From assembly GCA_003602515.1 (NCBI GenBank), contig QQSB01000002.1, forward strand, positions 6,296 to 70,015: a stretch of 63,720 nt of DNA. The letters run 5' to 3'. Positions 1 to 8,990 of the stretch are shown here, piece after piece. The stretch comes from Candidatus Poseidoniales archaeon. GTDB lineage: Archaea > Thermoplasmatota > Poseidoniia > Poseidoniales > Thalassarchaeaceae. The translations under genes were made by a program, and so were the position numbers. Numbering within the stretch: the stretch's first letter is position 1; each line of letters begins with the position of its first letter. The notes under the pieces were generated by a model that saw nothing but the letters and a program-made list of their open reading frames with translations, made no database searches and was not told the origin of the DNA.

Positions 1-176
1 ATCCATAGTGCGAGTAGGGTGATTGATAGAGCACCATAGAGAGTAAGTATCGCCATGGTGGTCTGTTGCATCGTTCCCAGCGGGCATGAGAGACTTTTGA
101 TGGCTTCTGCTATGCCTACCCTTCAGAGGGTCATTATTGGCGGAGTTTTCCACTGCCAGAAACGAGTCTCTGAAAC

Positions 177-1346
177 TCACTCTAGGTCCTTAACCGAGTA
201 GGCTTGCACTCCAAGCTTCAGAGATTGTGCCCCTACTGTCTTGCCGACTACTACATTGATTCCTGCGCCGGAGGCGAGTTCGTGAATCCTGTCGGTGACC
301 TTGCCTGAGAAGACTAGTCCCTGGGCTCCATCGGAATCTCCGAGGGCCGCTTCGAGAGCCTTGGCTCCGACTGGGTCGGATCCACTGCCATCCGAGAGGA
401 CTATCACAGCGTGGTTCGCCTTTAGACCGTCCATCATTGGTGCCCAGCCCTTGATCTCGTCTGGGGCCTCCAATGACGCCTTGCCCTTTCCGACCGCTTT
501 GTCATCGTCCTTCTGTATCTCGGTCTGTATCCGGGCGACCGCCTTCGTAGCGGTCTCCTTCTGACCAAGGCACTTCGTCACTACCTTGCCCTCCAGGTGC
601 TCTACTTCCCTGCTCTGAGGAGCAAAGGCGACGTGCGTAAGGGACTTGCCCAGCGTTCCGCTGATTTCCATCAACAGCAGCTTGCCTCCGCGATCCCCGT
701 CCAGGAATGCTGTAACCGTCTTCTTCTTGGAAGCTAGTGCGGCCAACTCCGGCTTAATGCCGGACCCCATGGTCGCAATCGCGTTTTTGATCCCAAACTT
801 CAGTAGATTCCGGACATCGTTCCTTCCCTCGACGATGATTATCGAATCCGAGTTCTTCACGTTAGGTCCTGCGGTCATCTCCTCAAATTCAACCTCAGTA
901 TCCAATGTCAGAACTGCCTTGACCTCGTCGAGGATATTCTTCGACTCGCCGGAGGCGGAGTTCACAATATCCAGCAGAAGCTGCTTGGCTCTGTCTATGA
1001 CGTGGTCCCTCTTTGCAGATCTGATATTCTCGATCTGCTTGACCTTGATCACTGCTTTGCATGGACCAATTCTGTCTATCGTCTCGAGCGCGGCTCCGAT
1101 TACTGCGGTGCTGACTTGGTCTATCGAAGATGAGACTTCGATAACTCCCTGTACGCGGCCCTTGTGGTTGTTCAGATTGACATCCACGTGGCCAATTCTT
1201 CCTGTTCTCTGGAGCTTCCTAAGTTGGAGCCCCTCTCCCAGGAGTCCTTCGGTCTGGCCGAATATGGCACCGACGACGTCTTTGCGTGCTACGGTCCCAT
1301 CGACTCTAATTGTTGCGTGTATTACGTATTTTCCTTCACTTGACAT
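177..1346 (-). CDS. dnaG: archaeal DnaG-type primase (Toprim protein)
   Basis: N-terminus KYVIHATIRVDGTVARKDVVGAIFGQTEGLLG is typical of archaeal DnaG. Toprim motifs IIVEGRNDV and DGDRGG are present. The ORF-track start at 1355 is TTG, so the first in-frame ATG at 1346 is preferred. Confidence 0.85.
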   Translation of the reverse strand: MSSEGKYVIHATIRVDGTVARKDVVGAIFGQTEGLLGEGLQLRKLQRTGRIGHVDVNLNNHKGRVQGVIEVSSSIDQVSTAVIGAALETIDRIGPCKAVIKVKQIENIRSAKRDHVIDRAKQLLLDIVNSASGESKNILDEVKAVLTLDTEVEFEEMTAGPNVKNSDSIIIVEGRNDVRNLLKFGIKNAIATMGSGIKPELAALASKKKTVTAFLDGDRGGKLLLMEISGTLGKSLTHVAFAPQSREVEHLEGKVVTKCLGQKETATKAVARIQTEIQKDDDKAVGKGKASLEAPDEIKGWAPMMDGLKANHAVIVLSDGSGSDPVGAKALEAALGDSDGAQGLVFSGKVTDRIHELASGAGINVVVGKTVGAQSLKLGVQAYSVKDLE

Positions 1347-1375
1347 ATTATTCAATTCCTTTGCTCATCGGCCCC

Positions 1376-1398
1376 AAACGGGGGCCCAGCCCCCGTTT
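1376..1398. other. perfect 9-bp GC-rich hairpin in the dnaG / 1545-ORF divergent spacer
   Basis: AAACGGGGG (1376-1384) pairs with CCCCCGTTT (1390-1398) across a 5-nt loop. A second hairpin, GGGCGC-AGG-GCGCCC, lies at 1426-1440. Confidence 0.6.
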
Positions 1399-1544
1399 TC
1401 GCCATTTTGGCAGGGGGGGTTCGGATGGGCGCAGGGCGCCCGGGAGTGGCTGATTAGCAATACATCCGGCACACGAGGTGTTCATGAATGCTCCTATTTG
1501 TCTTTGAGTATGGTTTTGACCTAATACCTAGTCGTTAAGGGCGG

Positions 1545-2051
1545 ATGCCCCACGTGAGGGGCATGGTAGCAGAGGTTTGGTCTGAGAACGATCGTTCGAG
1601 GGTTTTCTTGAATGCATCTAGGCTTGCCCTGAAGGATGGTCAATTATCGAATGGAGAGAAGAGGATTCTAGTGAAACTCGCCCATGCATTGAGCCTTGAA
1701 GATGGTGAGCCGAAGAGGATCTATGATGCAATTCTGTCTGGCGAGTGGGAAGAGATTACAGGGGAAAAGATAGAGAAGAGCGAGATGAGGTTGGTCTACG
1801 GCCAGGTTCTCGAAGCTATGCTTATTCACACTGACAGGTCGGATGACGTATTGGCACAAATAGCGTATCTGAGGAAGATGTTCCTGATTGAGGATGCCGA
1901 GCATCGAGCTATTGCGAGGAGCCTAGACAGGCAGTTAGAAGAAATCGTACATAGATCATTCATCGACGAATACAGAATGCGGCTAAATGACTCGGTAGAC
2001 AGCCTGCGCGATATTTTCGATAGTGTCAAAATACTCTCTAGGAAGCAGTAG
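1545..2051 (+). CDS. hypothetical protein, TerB-like helical domain
   Basis: 168-aa ORF. DGQLSNGEKRILVKLAHAL and a second helical repeat resemble the TerB / DjlA N-terminal fold. The alternative ATG at 1563 sits in the same hairpin as the first ATG. Confidence 0.5.
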   Translation: MPHVRGMVAEVWSENDRSRVFLNASRLALKDGQLSNGEKRILVKLAHALSLEDGEPKRIYDAILSGEWEEITGEKIEKSEMRLVYGQVLEAMLIHTDRSDDVLAQIAYLRKMFLIEDAEHRAIARSLDRQLEEIVHRSFIDEYRMRLNDSVDSLRDIFDSVKILSRKQ

Positions 2052-2056
2052 TCCAG

Positions 2057-2707
2057 ATGAGTTCCGAGCGTATTCTGGACGAGTTCCTTGGAGAGCAGCC
2101 CAAGAGGGTGCACAAATCTCATCGTAATCTAGCAAAAATTGTGCGAGAGGCATACCCGATTGGTGTACCAGCGATGATCATGAAGTCAAGCACTGATCGT
2201 CTTGGCAACTCTGCTGGGTATTCATTCCATCTTGGCACGCCGGATGAGATTCTGAGAAGGATCGCGTCTTGGCTGATTACCGAAGCGGGAGAGGAACAAC
2301 GGGTCTTGTGGAAACTGATACCTCTTCTCTGGAAAAGGCATGGGAGAGAGGACGTCGCACTCTCGGCTTTGCTCCTGGCGAACTTGGATAGCGATAGTGC
2401 CGGAGTAGATCCATGGGCTGTTCTAGCATCCTCAATCAACTCCACTGAGCCGGCCGAGGCTCTTCTTCTTAGTATCGAGGAGGTTTTTCGTGCGGGCCAT
2501 AAGAGACCAAGTGACGAGCTTCTGAAATCATGGTGTGAAGGGCGTTTGGTAGAGTCTCACCTAGCTCTAATCTCAACATTTGCAGCGATTAACTCCGATA
2601 GGAAGATTGGAGGCGACGTAATCGCACAACTCGTCAATGTGAAGGTCCCTGATGGAGATTCTCTTCTAGGCAGGATAAGAGACAGAGTGGCATCGGGAGT
2701 ACCATAG
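2057..2707 (+). CDS. hypothetical protein, possibly a HEAT/AlkD-like helical repeat protein
   Basis: 216-aa ORF starting 5 nt after the previous gene. LWKRHGREDVALSALLLANL and DPWAVL weakly resemble DNA alkylation repair (AlkD-like) proteins. Family assignment is uncertain. Confidence 0.4.
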   Translation: MSSERILDEFLGEQPKRVHKSHRNLAKIVREAYPIGVPAMIMKSSTDRLGNSAGYSFHLGTPDEILRRIASWLITEAGEEQRVLWKLIPLLWKRHGREDVALSALLLANLDSDSAGVDPWAVLASSINSTEPAEALLLSIEEVFRAGHKRPSDELLKSWCEGRLVESHLALISTFAAINSDRKIGGDVIAQLVNVKVPDGDSLLGRIRDRVASGVP

Positions 2708-2738
2708 CACTAATTCATCGGTAGCCCCTCTGGAGATC

Positions 2739-2948
2739 ATGGTCGAGAGGTTGCTACCATCAGATGACCCGGTAGCAGAGGAAGTCCTGGAGTGGACAAT
2801 TAAGAGGGATGCCGAGGACATTACCCAACTGATGGAGTGGCTTGGGGAGACCTCTGCGAGGAAGGATCGGGAGATGCTGATAAACAGGGCATTGGACCTG
2901 ATGGAAGAGATTAATCACGCCTTGAGGCGTTTGGACGAGTTGAGGTAG
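2739..2948 (+). CDS. small helical hypothetical protein
   Basis: 69-aa ORF tightly packed between neighbours (3-nt gap to mobA). Charged helical composition. No recognisable motif. Confidence 0.4.
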   Translation: MVERLLPSDDPVAEEVLEWTIKRDAEDITQLMEWLGETSARKDREMLINRALDLMEEINHALRRLDELR

Positions 2949-2951
2949 AGG

Positions 2952-3512
2952 ATGCGCTCTCTGTTGCTGGCAGGAGGTAGGTCCTCGCGAATGGGATGTG
3001 ACAAGGCATTAGTGGAGATAGATGGATCCGCCATGATAGAGAGAGCGGCAATCTCGCTCGCCACTGCCAACCTAGAGCCGATTAGGATTGCAGTCGCGCA
3101 ACCCGAGGACGTTGAGGAATACGGCTCGGCCATTGGACCTGATCTGGACATAGAGTGGGTTCTCGATTCGATGACCCATGCGGGCCCAATTGATGCCATA
3201 GAAGAGGCCCTCCTCGATCCGGAGTGCGAAGGTGGGTTACTCCAATTAGCCACAGTGGACTATCCATGGGTATCTTCGGATCTTTTCGTCTCTCTCCAAG
3301 ACATGCTCGGTACTGATGATTGCCTGATCATGCCCCATGATGGGGAGAGGGGCCACCCCCTGCTTTCTTTGATTCGGACCAAGGAAGTACTCGAGATTAT
3401 CGAAGGCGACAGGCGTCCTCTCCAGGTGCAGTTCGCTGAAGTCAAGCATTCTCTTCTAATGGAGGACCCTGCAGTCCTTCTGAATGTGAATACTCCAGCT
3501 GACCTAGAGTAA
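2952..3512 (+). CDS. mobA: molybdenum cofactor guanylyltransferase
   Basis: N-terminal LLLAGGRSSRMGCDKALVEIDG matches the MobA nucleotidyltransferase signature. Confidence 0.8.
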   Translation: MRSLLLAGGRSSRMGCDKALVEIDGSAMIERAAISLATANLEPIRIAVAQPEDVEEYGSAIGPDLDIEWVLDSMTHAGPIDAIEEALLDPECEGGLLQLATVDYPWVSSDLFVSLQDMLGTDDCLIMPHDGERGHPLLSLIRTKEVLEIIEGDRRPLQVQFAEVKHSLLMEDPAVLLNVNTPADLE

Positions 3513-4139
3513 TATCTGTCCGGTGCAGAGTAAATCGATTACCCGGGGGTAGAGGGTGTGCTCGACTTGCTTGACCCTCTCCTGAAGGGAGGTCACATCA
3601 TCGCCAGCCATCACTGGGACTTCCATTTGTGCTAGGATGGGTCCGGTATCGACTCCCTCGTCGACCAAGTGCACTGTACACCCAGTTATCGGGACACCTG
3701 CTGAGAGGACATCTCGATGAGCATGGGCTCCGGGGAAATCTGGTAGCAATGATGGGTGTACATTGACTATCCTTCCCTTCCATTTCCCTACGAACGAAGG
3801 AGTTAGTATCCTCATGTAGCCGTTGAGGACTACCAGTTCCACATTAGAAGACTGAAGCTTTCTTTCGATAATTTCTTCATGTACCAGACGACGATCTGGG
3901 GCAGGGAGATCAGTGGGCAATGGAATGCCCTTGGACTCGATTTCCGATTTCCTCCCGTGCTCTAGTCCTCCGGCACCTTCGCTATCTGCCAGAACTAGAA
4001 CTGTCTGATGACAGCGGGGCTCTTCCGATTGGAATTTCAGCAGAGAGGCGAGGCCGGACCCCCCTCCGGAGATTAGTACTGCTAATCTGATAGGGTCTTC
4101 GATGGAGCCGACTCGGGGGAGTACGAAGGAGGCTCCCAT
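3504..4139 (-). CDS. purN: phosphoribosylglycinamide formyltransferase
   Basis: LAVLISGGGSGL, NGYMRIL and NVHPSLLPDFPGAHAHRD plus GCTVHLVDEGVDTGPI are PurN motifs. The 3' end overlaps mobA by 9 nt (convergent). Confidence 0.85.
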   Translation of the reverse strand: MGASFVLPRVGSIEDPIRLAVLISGGGSGLASLLKFQSEEPRCHQTVLVLADSEGAGGLEHGRKSEIESKGIPLPTDLPAPDRRLVHEEIIERKLQSSNVELVVLNGYMRILTPSFVGKWKGRIVNVHPSLLPDFPGAHAHRDVLSAGVPITGCTVHLVDEGVDTGPILAQMEVPVMAGDDVTSLQERVKQVEHTLYPRVIDLLCTGQILL

Positions 4140-4184
4140 GCTCTCGTGACGAGGAGTTCTGGCTTGAGTCTTCGGTAATTACAG

Positions 4185-4198
4185 TTAAAGGAAATATT
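4185..4198 (+). promoter_or_regulatory. TATA-like box for the DUF454 gene (leaderless-type spacing)
   Basis: TTAAAGGAAATATT is centred about 27 nt upstream of the ATG at 4219. Confidence 0.4.
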
Positions 4199-4218
4199 CG
4201 GAGGGGTTCTTTGCATAC

Positions 4219-4710
4219 ATGGAGAGAATCGAGAGTCTCGACGAGATCGTCGAGAGGTACTGTGTGTCTAGCAATCCAGTTCTAAGGCGGCTGTATTTCG
4301 GTCTCGGACTGCTATTTATTGGGTTCGCAATCATTGGAATATGGGTCCCCGGGTGGCCGACGATCTCATGGGCAGTACCGGCCGCCTTCCTATTCTCTTA
4401 CTCAAGTGAGAGGATGTTCAGGTGGACGATGACGAATCGCTTCTTCGGATCTGCGATGTTCGAGTACTATGCAACAGGAAAGACGATTCCAAGACACGCA
4501 AAATCTGGGATAATTGCACTGATAGCACTCATGTCAACCATGTCTGCGGTCTTCGTTTGGTATGTTTCGACCTTGGGGGACGGGGTGTTCTTCGAACCCT
4601 CTTCCTGGGATGGGGCAGACCCCGGATTCGGCTCTATCACCATCATCCTCGTGGGAATCGTGGGTGTTTGGTATGTCGCGTCAAAGGTAAGCGTGAGAGA
4701 TGTTGGCTAA
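4219..4710 (+). CDS. DUF454 (YbaN-like) membrane protein
   Basis: LYFGLGLLFIGFAIIGIWVPGWPT followed by further TM helices is the typical YbaN/DUF454 layout. Confidence 0.6.
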   Translation: MERIESLDEIVERYCVSSNPVLRRLYFGLGLLFIGFAIIGIWVPGWPTISWAVPAAFLFSYSSERMFRWTMTNRFFGSAMFEYYATGKTIPRHAKSGIIALIALMSTMSAVFVWYVSTLGDGVFFEPSSWDGADPGFGSITIILVGIVGVWYVASKVSVRDVG

Positions 4711-4755
4711 CTGAAACTATTTTGCATGTGACCATTACCCCTACGCCAGAGTCAC

Positions 4756-5898
4756 ATGGATTTCGATACAATCTCCGTAAGAGGAAAAAGCAAACCAGAC
4801 CCAACAACAGGTGCGATAGTCCCGCCAATCTACCAGACTGCAACGTACGTTCTGGAGGAAATAGGAGTAGACAAGGGGTTCGACTACACTCGTTCTTCTA
4901 ATCCCACTAGGCAGGAGCTAGAGAATCATCTCGCAGCCCTAGAGGGAGGGAAGCATGGGATTGCATTCTCAAGTGGGATGGCCAGTGCTGACAGTTGTAT
5001 GAAGCTACTAAGCCAAGGGGATCACGTCGTTTGCTGTGATGACGTGTATGGGGGTACTGCAAGGCTGTTTAACAAGCTCATGACAAACTATGGGGTTGAA
5101 TTCACCTACGTCGACTCTCAGATCGCATCGAATGTTGAGGATGCGATTCGCCCGGAGACCAAGATGGTGTGGGTGGAGACTCCTACTAACCCGCTCCTAA
5201 AAGTCACAGACCTCGAGGCGGTGGGAAAGATCGCGAAGAGCCACGATCTTCTATATGTGGTAGATACCACATTCGCGACCCCGGTGTTCCTCCGACCGCT
5301 GGAGTACGGGGCCGACTTGGTGCTTCACAGTACGACCAAGTATCTGAGTGGCCACAATCAGATAATAGGTGGCGTGATTGTAACCGATCGAACTGATTTA
5401 TTCGAACGCCTGAAGTACATCCAGAAGAGCGTCGGCGCCGTTCCAAGCCCCTTCGACTGCTGGCTTGTGATAATGGGCCTCAAGACCCTGCATCTGAGGA
5501 TGCAGCGGCACTGGGAGAACGCAGAGAAGATCGCGGCCTATCTGGAAGGGCATCCCAAGGTTTCGAAGGTGGTCTACCCCGGATTAGAATCCCACCCTAT
5601 GCACGAGGTAGCTAAGGCCCAGATGAAGGGTTTCAGCGGAATGATATCCTTTGAGCTGGAGGGTGGCCTGGAGGCCGGTAAGAAGCTGATGAATTCCGTC
5701 GATTTGTGCCTACTTGCTGAGAGTCTCGGTGCTGTCGAGACCATGATAACACACCCAGCCACGATGACTCACGCCGAGGTCCCTCGGGAGGAGAGGCTGG
5801 CAAGAGGTTTCGAGGATGGGCTAGTTAGACTATCAGTGGGCATAGAGGATCCAGGCGATCTGATTGAAGATCTGGAGATGGCCTTCGAGAAGGTGTGA
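4756..5898 (+). CDS. Cys/Met-metabolism PLP-dependent enzyme (cystathionine gamma-lyase/synthase family)
   Basis: STTKYLSGHNQIIGG holds the PLP lysine region. The N-terminus GAIVPPIYQTATY is also characteristic. 380 aa. Confidence 0.85.
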   Translation: MDFDTISVRGKSKPDPTTGAIVPPIYQTATYVLEEIGVDKGFDYTRSSNPTRQELENHLAALEGGKHGIAFSSGMASADSCMKLLSQGDHVVCCDDVYGGTARLFNKLMTNYGVEFTYVDSQIASNVEDAIRPETKMVWVETPTNPLLKVTDLEAVGKIAKSHDLLYVVDTTFATPVFLRPLEYGADLVLHSTTKYLSGHNQIIGGVIVTDRTDLFERLKYIQKSVGAVPSPFDCWLVIMGLKTLHLRMQRHWENAEKIAAYLEGHPKVSKVVYPGLESHPMHEVAKAQMKGFSGMISFELEGGLEAGKKLMNSVDLCLLAESLGAVETMITHPATMTHAEVPREERLARGFEDGLVRLSVGIEDPGDLIEDLEMAFEKV

Positions 5899-6936
5899 TC
5901 AATCCCAATCGTCAGGTTCCCAGCCGTTCTCCCTGAGCCAATCGTCGTTGTAGAACTTGGAGAGGTATGGGTTTCCAGCATCTGGTAGGACCGCTACAAC
6001 CATCGCGCACTCTCCATTTTCATCTGCCTTCTTGGCAATGTCGATTGCCACCTTAATCGAACCGCCGCATGAACCCCCGCAGAACATTCCTTCCTTCCTG
6101 GCAAGCGCCCTCGCCCATTGGAAGCACTCGCCGTCATCCACTTGGTGAATCTCGTCTATCACCGAGAAGTCGGTTGCGGATGGGATGAAATCCTCTCCGA
6201 AGCCCTCGACCTTGTACGTTTTCGGCTCTCCCATGGTCCCTTCTTCGAACCATTCTTTGAGGATCGATCCAACGGCGTCGACTCCAATAATCGTGGGTGG
6301 CGCAGAGTCGTTTGAATCAGCCATCTCCTTGAGCGCCTTGGATGTCCCGGATATCGTCCCCCCGGTCCCCATAGTGGCTACGAAGTGGGTTATTTGACCC
6401 TTGGTCTGCTCCCATATCTCCGGTCCGGTAGAGAGGTAGTGGGTCAACGGGTTTGCCTCGTGCGAGTATTGATCAGGATACCACGCCCCGGGGATCTCTC
6501 GTGCCAATCTGGCCGCCACCTCATAGTAAGAACGGGGGTCCTCCTTCTCTACAGCTGTGGGACACACGTGGACCTCGGCTCCCATGGCCCTGAGGAGGTC
6601 TATCTTCTCCTTGCTCATCTTGTCTGCCATGGTGAAGATGCATCGGTACCCCCTCTGCGCTGCAACCATCGCTAGTCCGATTCCAGTATTGCCGGAAGTC
6701 CCCTCTACAATCGTACCACCTGGCTTCAGGAGGCCCTTCTCCTCAGCATCCAGAACCATCTGCAATCCGATTCTGTCCTTTATCGAGCCGCCGGGGTTGC
6801 ACCTCTCTAGCTTGACCCAGACGGAGGACCTCTCTAGGCCCTCTGTAATCCTATTCAACCTAATCAGAGGAGTGTTGCCAATGGCTGAGACCAAGTCATC
6901 ATAGGTATTTGAAGGGAGTCTGGAGGGATTGGTCAC
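5899..6936 (-). CDS. cysteine synthase / cystathionine beta-synthase family (PLP, beta-family)
   Basis: GNTPLIRLNRI, KLERCNPGGSIKDRIG (PLP lysine) and GTSGNTGIGLA are present. Confidence 0.85.
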   Translation of the reverse strand: MTNPSRLPSNTYDDLVSAIGNTPLIRLNRITEGLERSSVWVKLERCNPGGSIKDRIGLQMVLDAEEKGLLKPGGTIVEGTSGNTGIGLAMVAAQRGYRCIFTMADKMSKEKIDLLRAMGAEVHVCPTAVEKEDPRSYYEVAARLAREIPGAWYPDQYSHEANPLTHYLSTGPEIWEQTKGQITHFVATMGTGGTISGTSKALKEMADSNDSAPPTIIGVDAVGSILKEWFEEGTMGEPKTYKVEGFGEDFIPSATDFSVIDEIHQVDDGECFQWARALARKEGMFCGGSCGGSIKVAIDIAKKADENGECAMVVAVLPDAGNPYLSKFYNDDWLRENGWEPDDWD

Positions 6937-6969
6937 AATGGGGCATCGAGCCCCGCTGTATGATGGTTT

Positions 6970-7359
6970 TCACTGAGTATTTCGTTTGGAGCTGTAGTAG
7001 GCCCAGCCAGCAAGGGGGAGGCTCCAGAATATTCCCCCTAGCAATCCTAGTAAAACCAAAAATGCAAGTGTTGTAAAATCGGAGTTTGGTGCTCCGAAAG
7101 TGGCACCTAGGAGAGGTAAAATGAACGTCATAGTGGAGACTGGAATCAAGGCCTTAAGACTCGGGTCAAACCAACCCATGAATTGTGAGGTTTTCTTAAC
7201 TGAGAATGCAGATAGGAAAATCATCCCGATGAAGACGGCAATAGCTGCTCCAAACGAAGGCGGTTCAAGCCCGCCCACGATCATAATCAGTGACACTAGT
7301 ACGGCCAATACTGCTCCTGTGGCGGAACCGCCGGCCAAAGTTTGTTTCCAGTCCATCAT
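6970..7359 (-). CDS. hypothetical membrane protein
   Basis: 129 aa with four hydrophobic helices. 5 nt downstream of purH on the same strand. Confidence 0.5.
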   Translation of the reverse strand: MMDWKQTLAGGSATGAVLAVLVSLIMIVGGLEPPSFGAAIAVFIGMIFLSAFSVKKTSQFMGWFDPSLKALIPVSTMTFILPLLGATFGAPNSDFTTLAFLVLLGLLGGIFWSLPLAGWAYYSSKRNTQ

Positions 7360-7364
7360 CCTAC

Positions 7365-8948
7365 CTAGTGTCTGAAAAGGCGGGTACCTGTAAATAGCAT
7401 TGCCATCCCAAACTCATTCGCAGCATCAATTACCTCGTTGTCTCGTATTGAGCCACCAGGCTGTACCACACTGGAAATGCCAATCTCATTTGATTTATCG
7501 ATACCATCACGGAACGGGAAGAATGCGTCGGAGACCATCATTGCTCCGTGCGCCCTGTCACCGGCCCTCCTAGCAGCGATTCGAACGGCCTCCACACGGC
7601 TTGTCTGTCCTGGTCCGATACCCACGGTTGCGAAACCTGTTTCTGTCTTGCTAACTAGGATGATTGCATTGGATTGGACTTCTGCTATGACAGATGTTCC
7701 GAACCTCGCTAGTTTGAGGTCCTCTTCATCAAGAGGTCTTACGGTTACGGAGCGAGCATTCTCCCAGTCTATGCTAGGGGACCCCTGGACCTGAGATAGC
7801 CAACCTCCTTGCACCTGACGTATCGATGGTTCCTCCGGGTATCCTCCCAGTGGTTCCAGAGTTAGCATCCTCCTGTTCTTGCTCTCAGCGAGAAGATCCA
7901 ATGCCTCGGTCTCGTAACCGGGCGCGATCATGCACTCGAAGAAGTGCTTACCAATTGCCTCTGCAGTTTCTTTACCCACGACCCGATCGAAAGCGATAAC
8001 GCATCCGAACGCACTCTCGGGGTCGCTTGCCAATGCGTTTTCCCAAGCAGAAACCTGGCTATCTGCGACTGAGGCACCACAGGGGTTTGTGTGCTTGATC
8101 ACCACACAGGAGTGCGATGCGAAATCGCATGTCTGGCTGAGGGATCGGGCGAGTCTGAGAGCGGCATCGAGATCTAGGTAGTTGTTGTAGGAGAGAGGTT
8201 TGCCTCCGTGCTGGATCGCTGCTGAGAGTCCTGATGAGGGAACCGAGGCTGGGAAGAATGAGGCTGGTTGATGGGGATTCTCCCCGTACCTCAATTCTCG
8301 ACCCTCTCGGGTTGAGATGTGTATCCTATTTGGAATTGTTTTATCGGAGAATCTGCTCGATAGTTCGTTAGAAACAGCGCTGTCATAGGCAGCCGTGGAT
8401 TGGAATGCAGATAGAGCTAGTTCCTTCCTCATTTCCATCCCTACACCAGATGGGCTTCCATTGGAATCCGAAAGGGCTTGTAAGACCGATTCATACTGCT
8501 CTGGAGCTGTTACTATGATTACATCTGCATGATTCTTGGCTGCGGATCTGACCATTGTGGGCCCCCCTATGTCAATCATCTCAATGAGTTCCTGATCGCT
8601 CGCAGGAGGCTCTCTTGCAGCTGTGTCTTCGAACGGATATAGATTGACGCAAACCAGGTCGATTCCCGCATAGCCCAGCTCAGACAGGGTCTGCATATCA
8701 GTGTCAGATTCGCGTCTGACAAGTATGCCCCCATGGACAGCCGGATGGAGTGTTTTCACCCGGCCATCGAAAACCTCCGGGTGTCCGGTGACCTCGGATA
8801 CGTCAGTGACTTCGATCCCAGCCTCCCTGAGCTTAGAGGCGGTCCCCCCTGTAGAGATTAGCTCCCAATCCATCGAATTCAAGGATTCGGCCAGTTCCTC
8901 GATTCCTGTTTTGTCCCAGACGCTAATCAACGCCCTTGGTCGCTCCAT
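7365..8948 (-). CDS. purH: bifunctional AICAR transformylase / IMP cyclohydrolase
   Basis: ALISVWDKTGI, GRVKTLHP and VKHTNPCG, plus the C-terminal DAFFPFRD and VVQPGGSIRD. Confidence 0.9.
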   Translation of the reverse strand: MERPRALISVWDKTGIEELAESLNSMDWELISTGGTASKLREAGIEVTDVSEVTGHPEVFDGRVKTLHPAVHGGILVRRESDTDMQTLSELGYAGIDLVCVNLYPFEDTAAREPPASDQELIEMIDIGGPTMVRSAAKNHADVIIVTAPEQYESVLQALSDSNGSPSGVGMEMRKELALSAFQSTAAYDSAVSNELSSRFSDKTIPNRIHISTREGRELRYGENPHQPASFFPASVPSSGLSAAIQHGGKPLSYNNYLDLDAALRLARSLSQTCDFASHSCVVIKHTNPCGASVADSQVSAWENALASDPESAFGCVIAFDRVVGKETAEAIGKHFFECMIAPGYETEALDLLAESKNRRMLTLEPLGGYPEEPSIRQVQGGWLSQVQGSPSIDWENARSVTVRPLDEEDLKLARFGTSVIAEVQSNAIILVSKTETGFATVGIGPGQTSRVEAVRIAARRAGDRAHGAMMVSDAFFPFRDGIDKSNEIGISSVVQPGGSIRDNEVIDAANEFGMAMLFTGTRLFRH

Positions 8949-8990
8949 GAGGAATGCGTGTGTGCGAGAGGCTTGAAGTTTCGCGGTTGG

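Noticed and set aside
1-56. Possible 5' end of a minus-strand gene (ATG at 56-54, MAILTLYGALSITLLALW...) running off the window
   Set aside because: Only 18 codons are visible. The hydrophobic start is suggestive of a membrane protein but cannot be supported, so it is not listed as a feature.
646-1524. 292-aa plus-strand ORF antisense to dnaG. Similar long antisense ORFs lie at 9442-10197, 46416-46961 and 61018-61620.
   Set aside because: Their sequences are Ser/Pro/Leu-rich and low in complexity, with no motifs. The opposite strand encodes clearly recognisable proteins (DnaG, thermosome, MoeA, ferredoxin operon). They are typical shadow ORFs in moderately GC-rich coding DNA.
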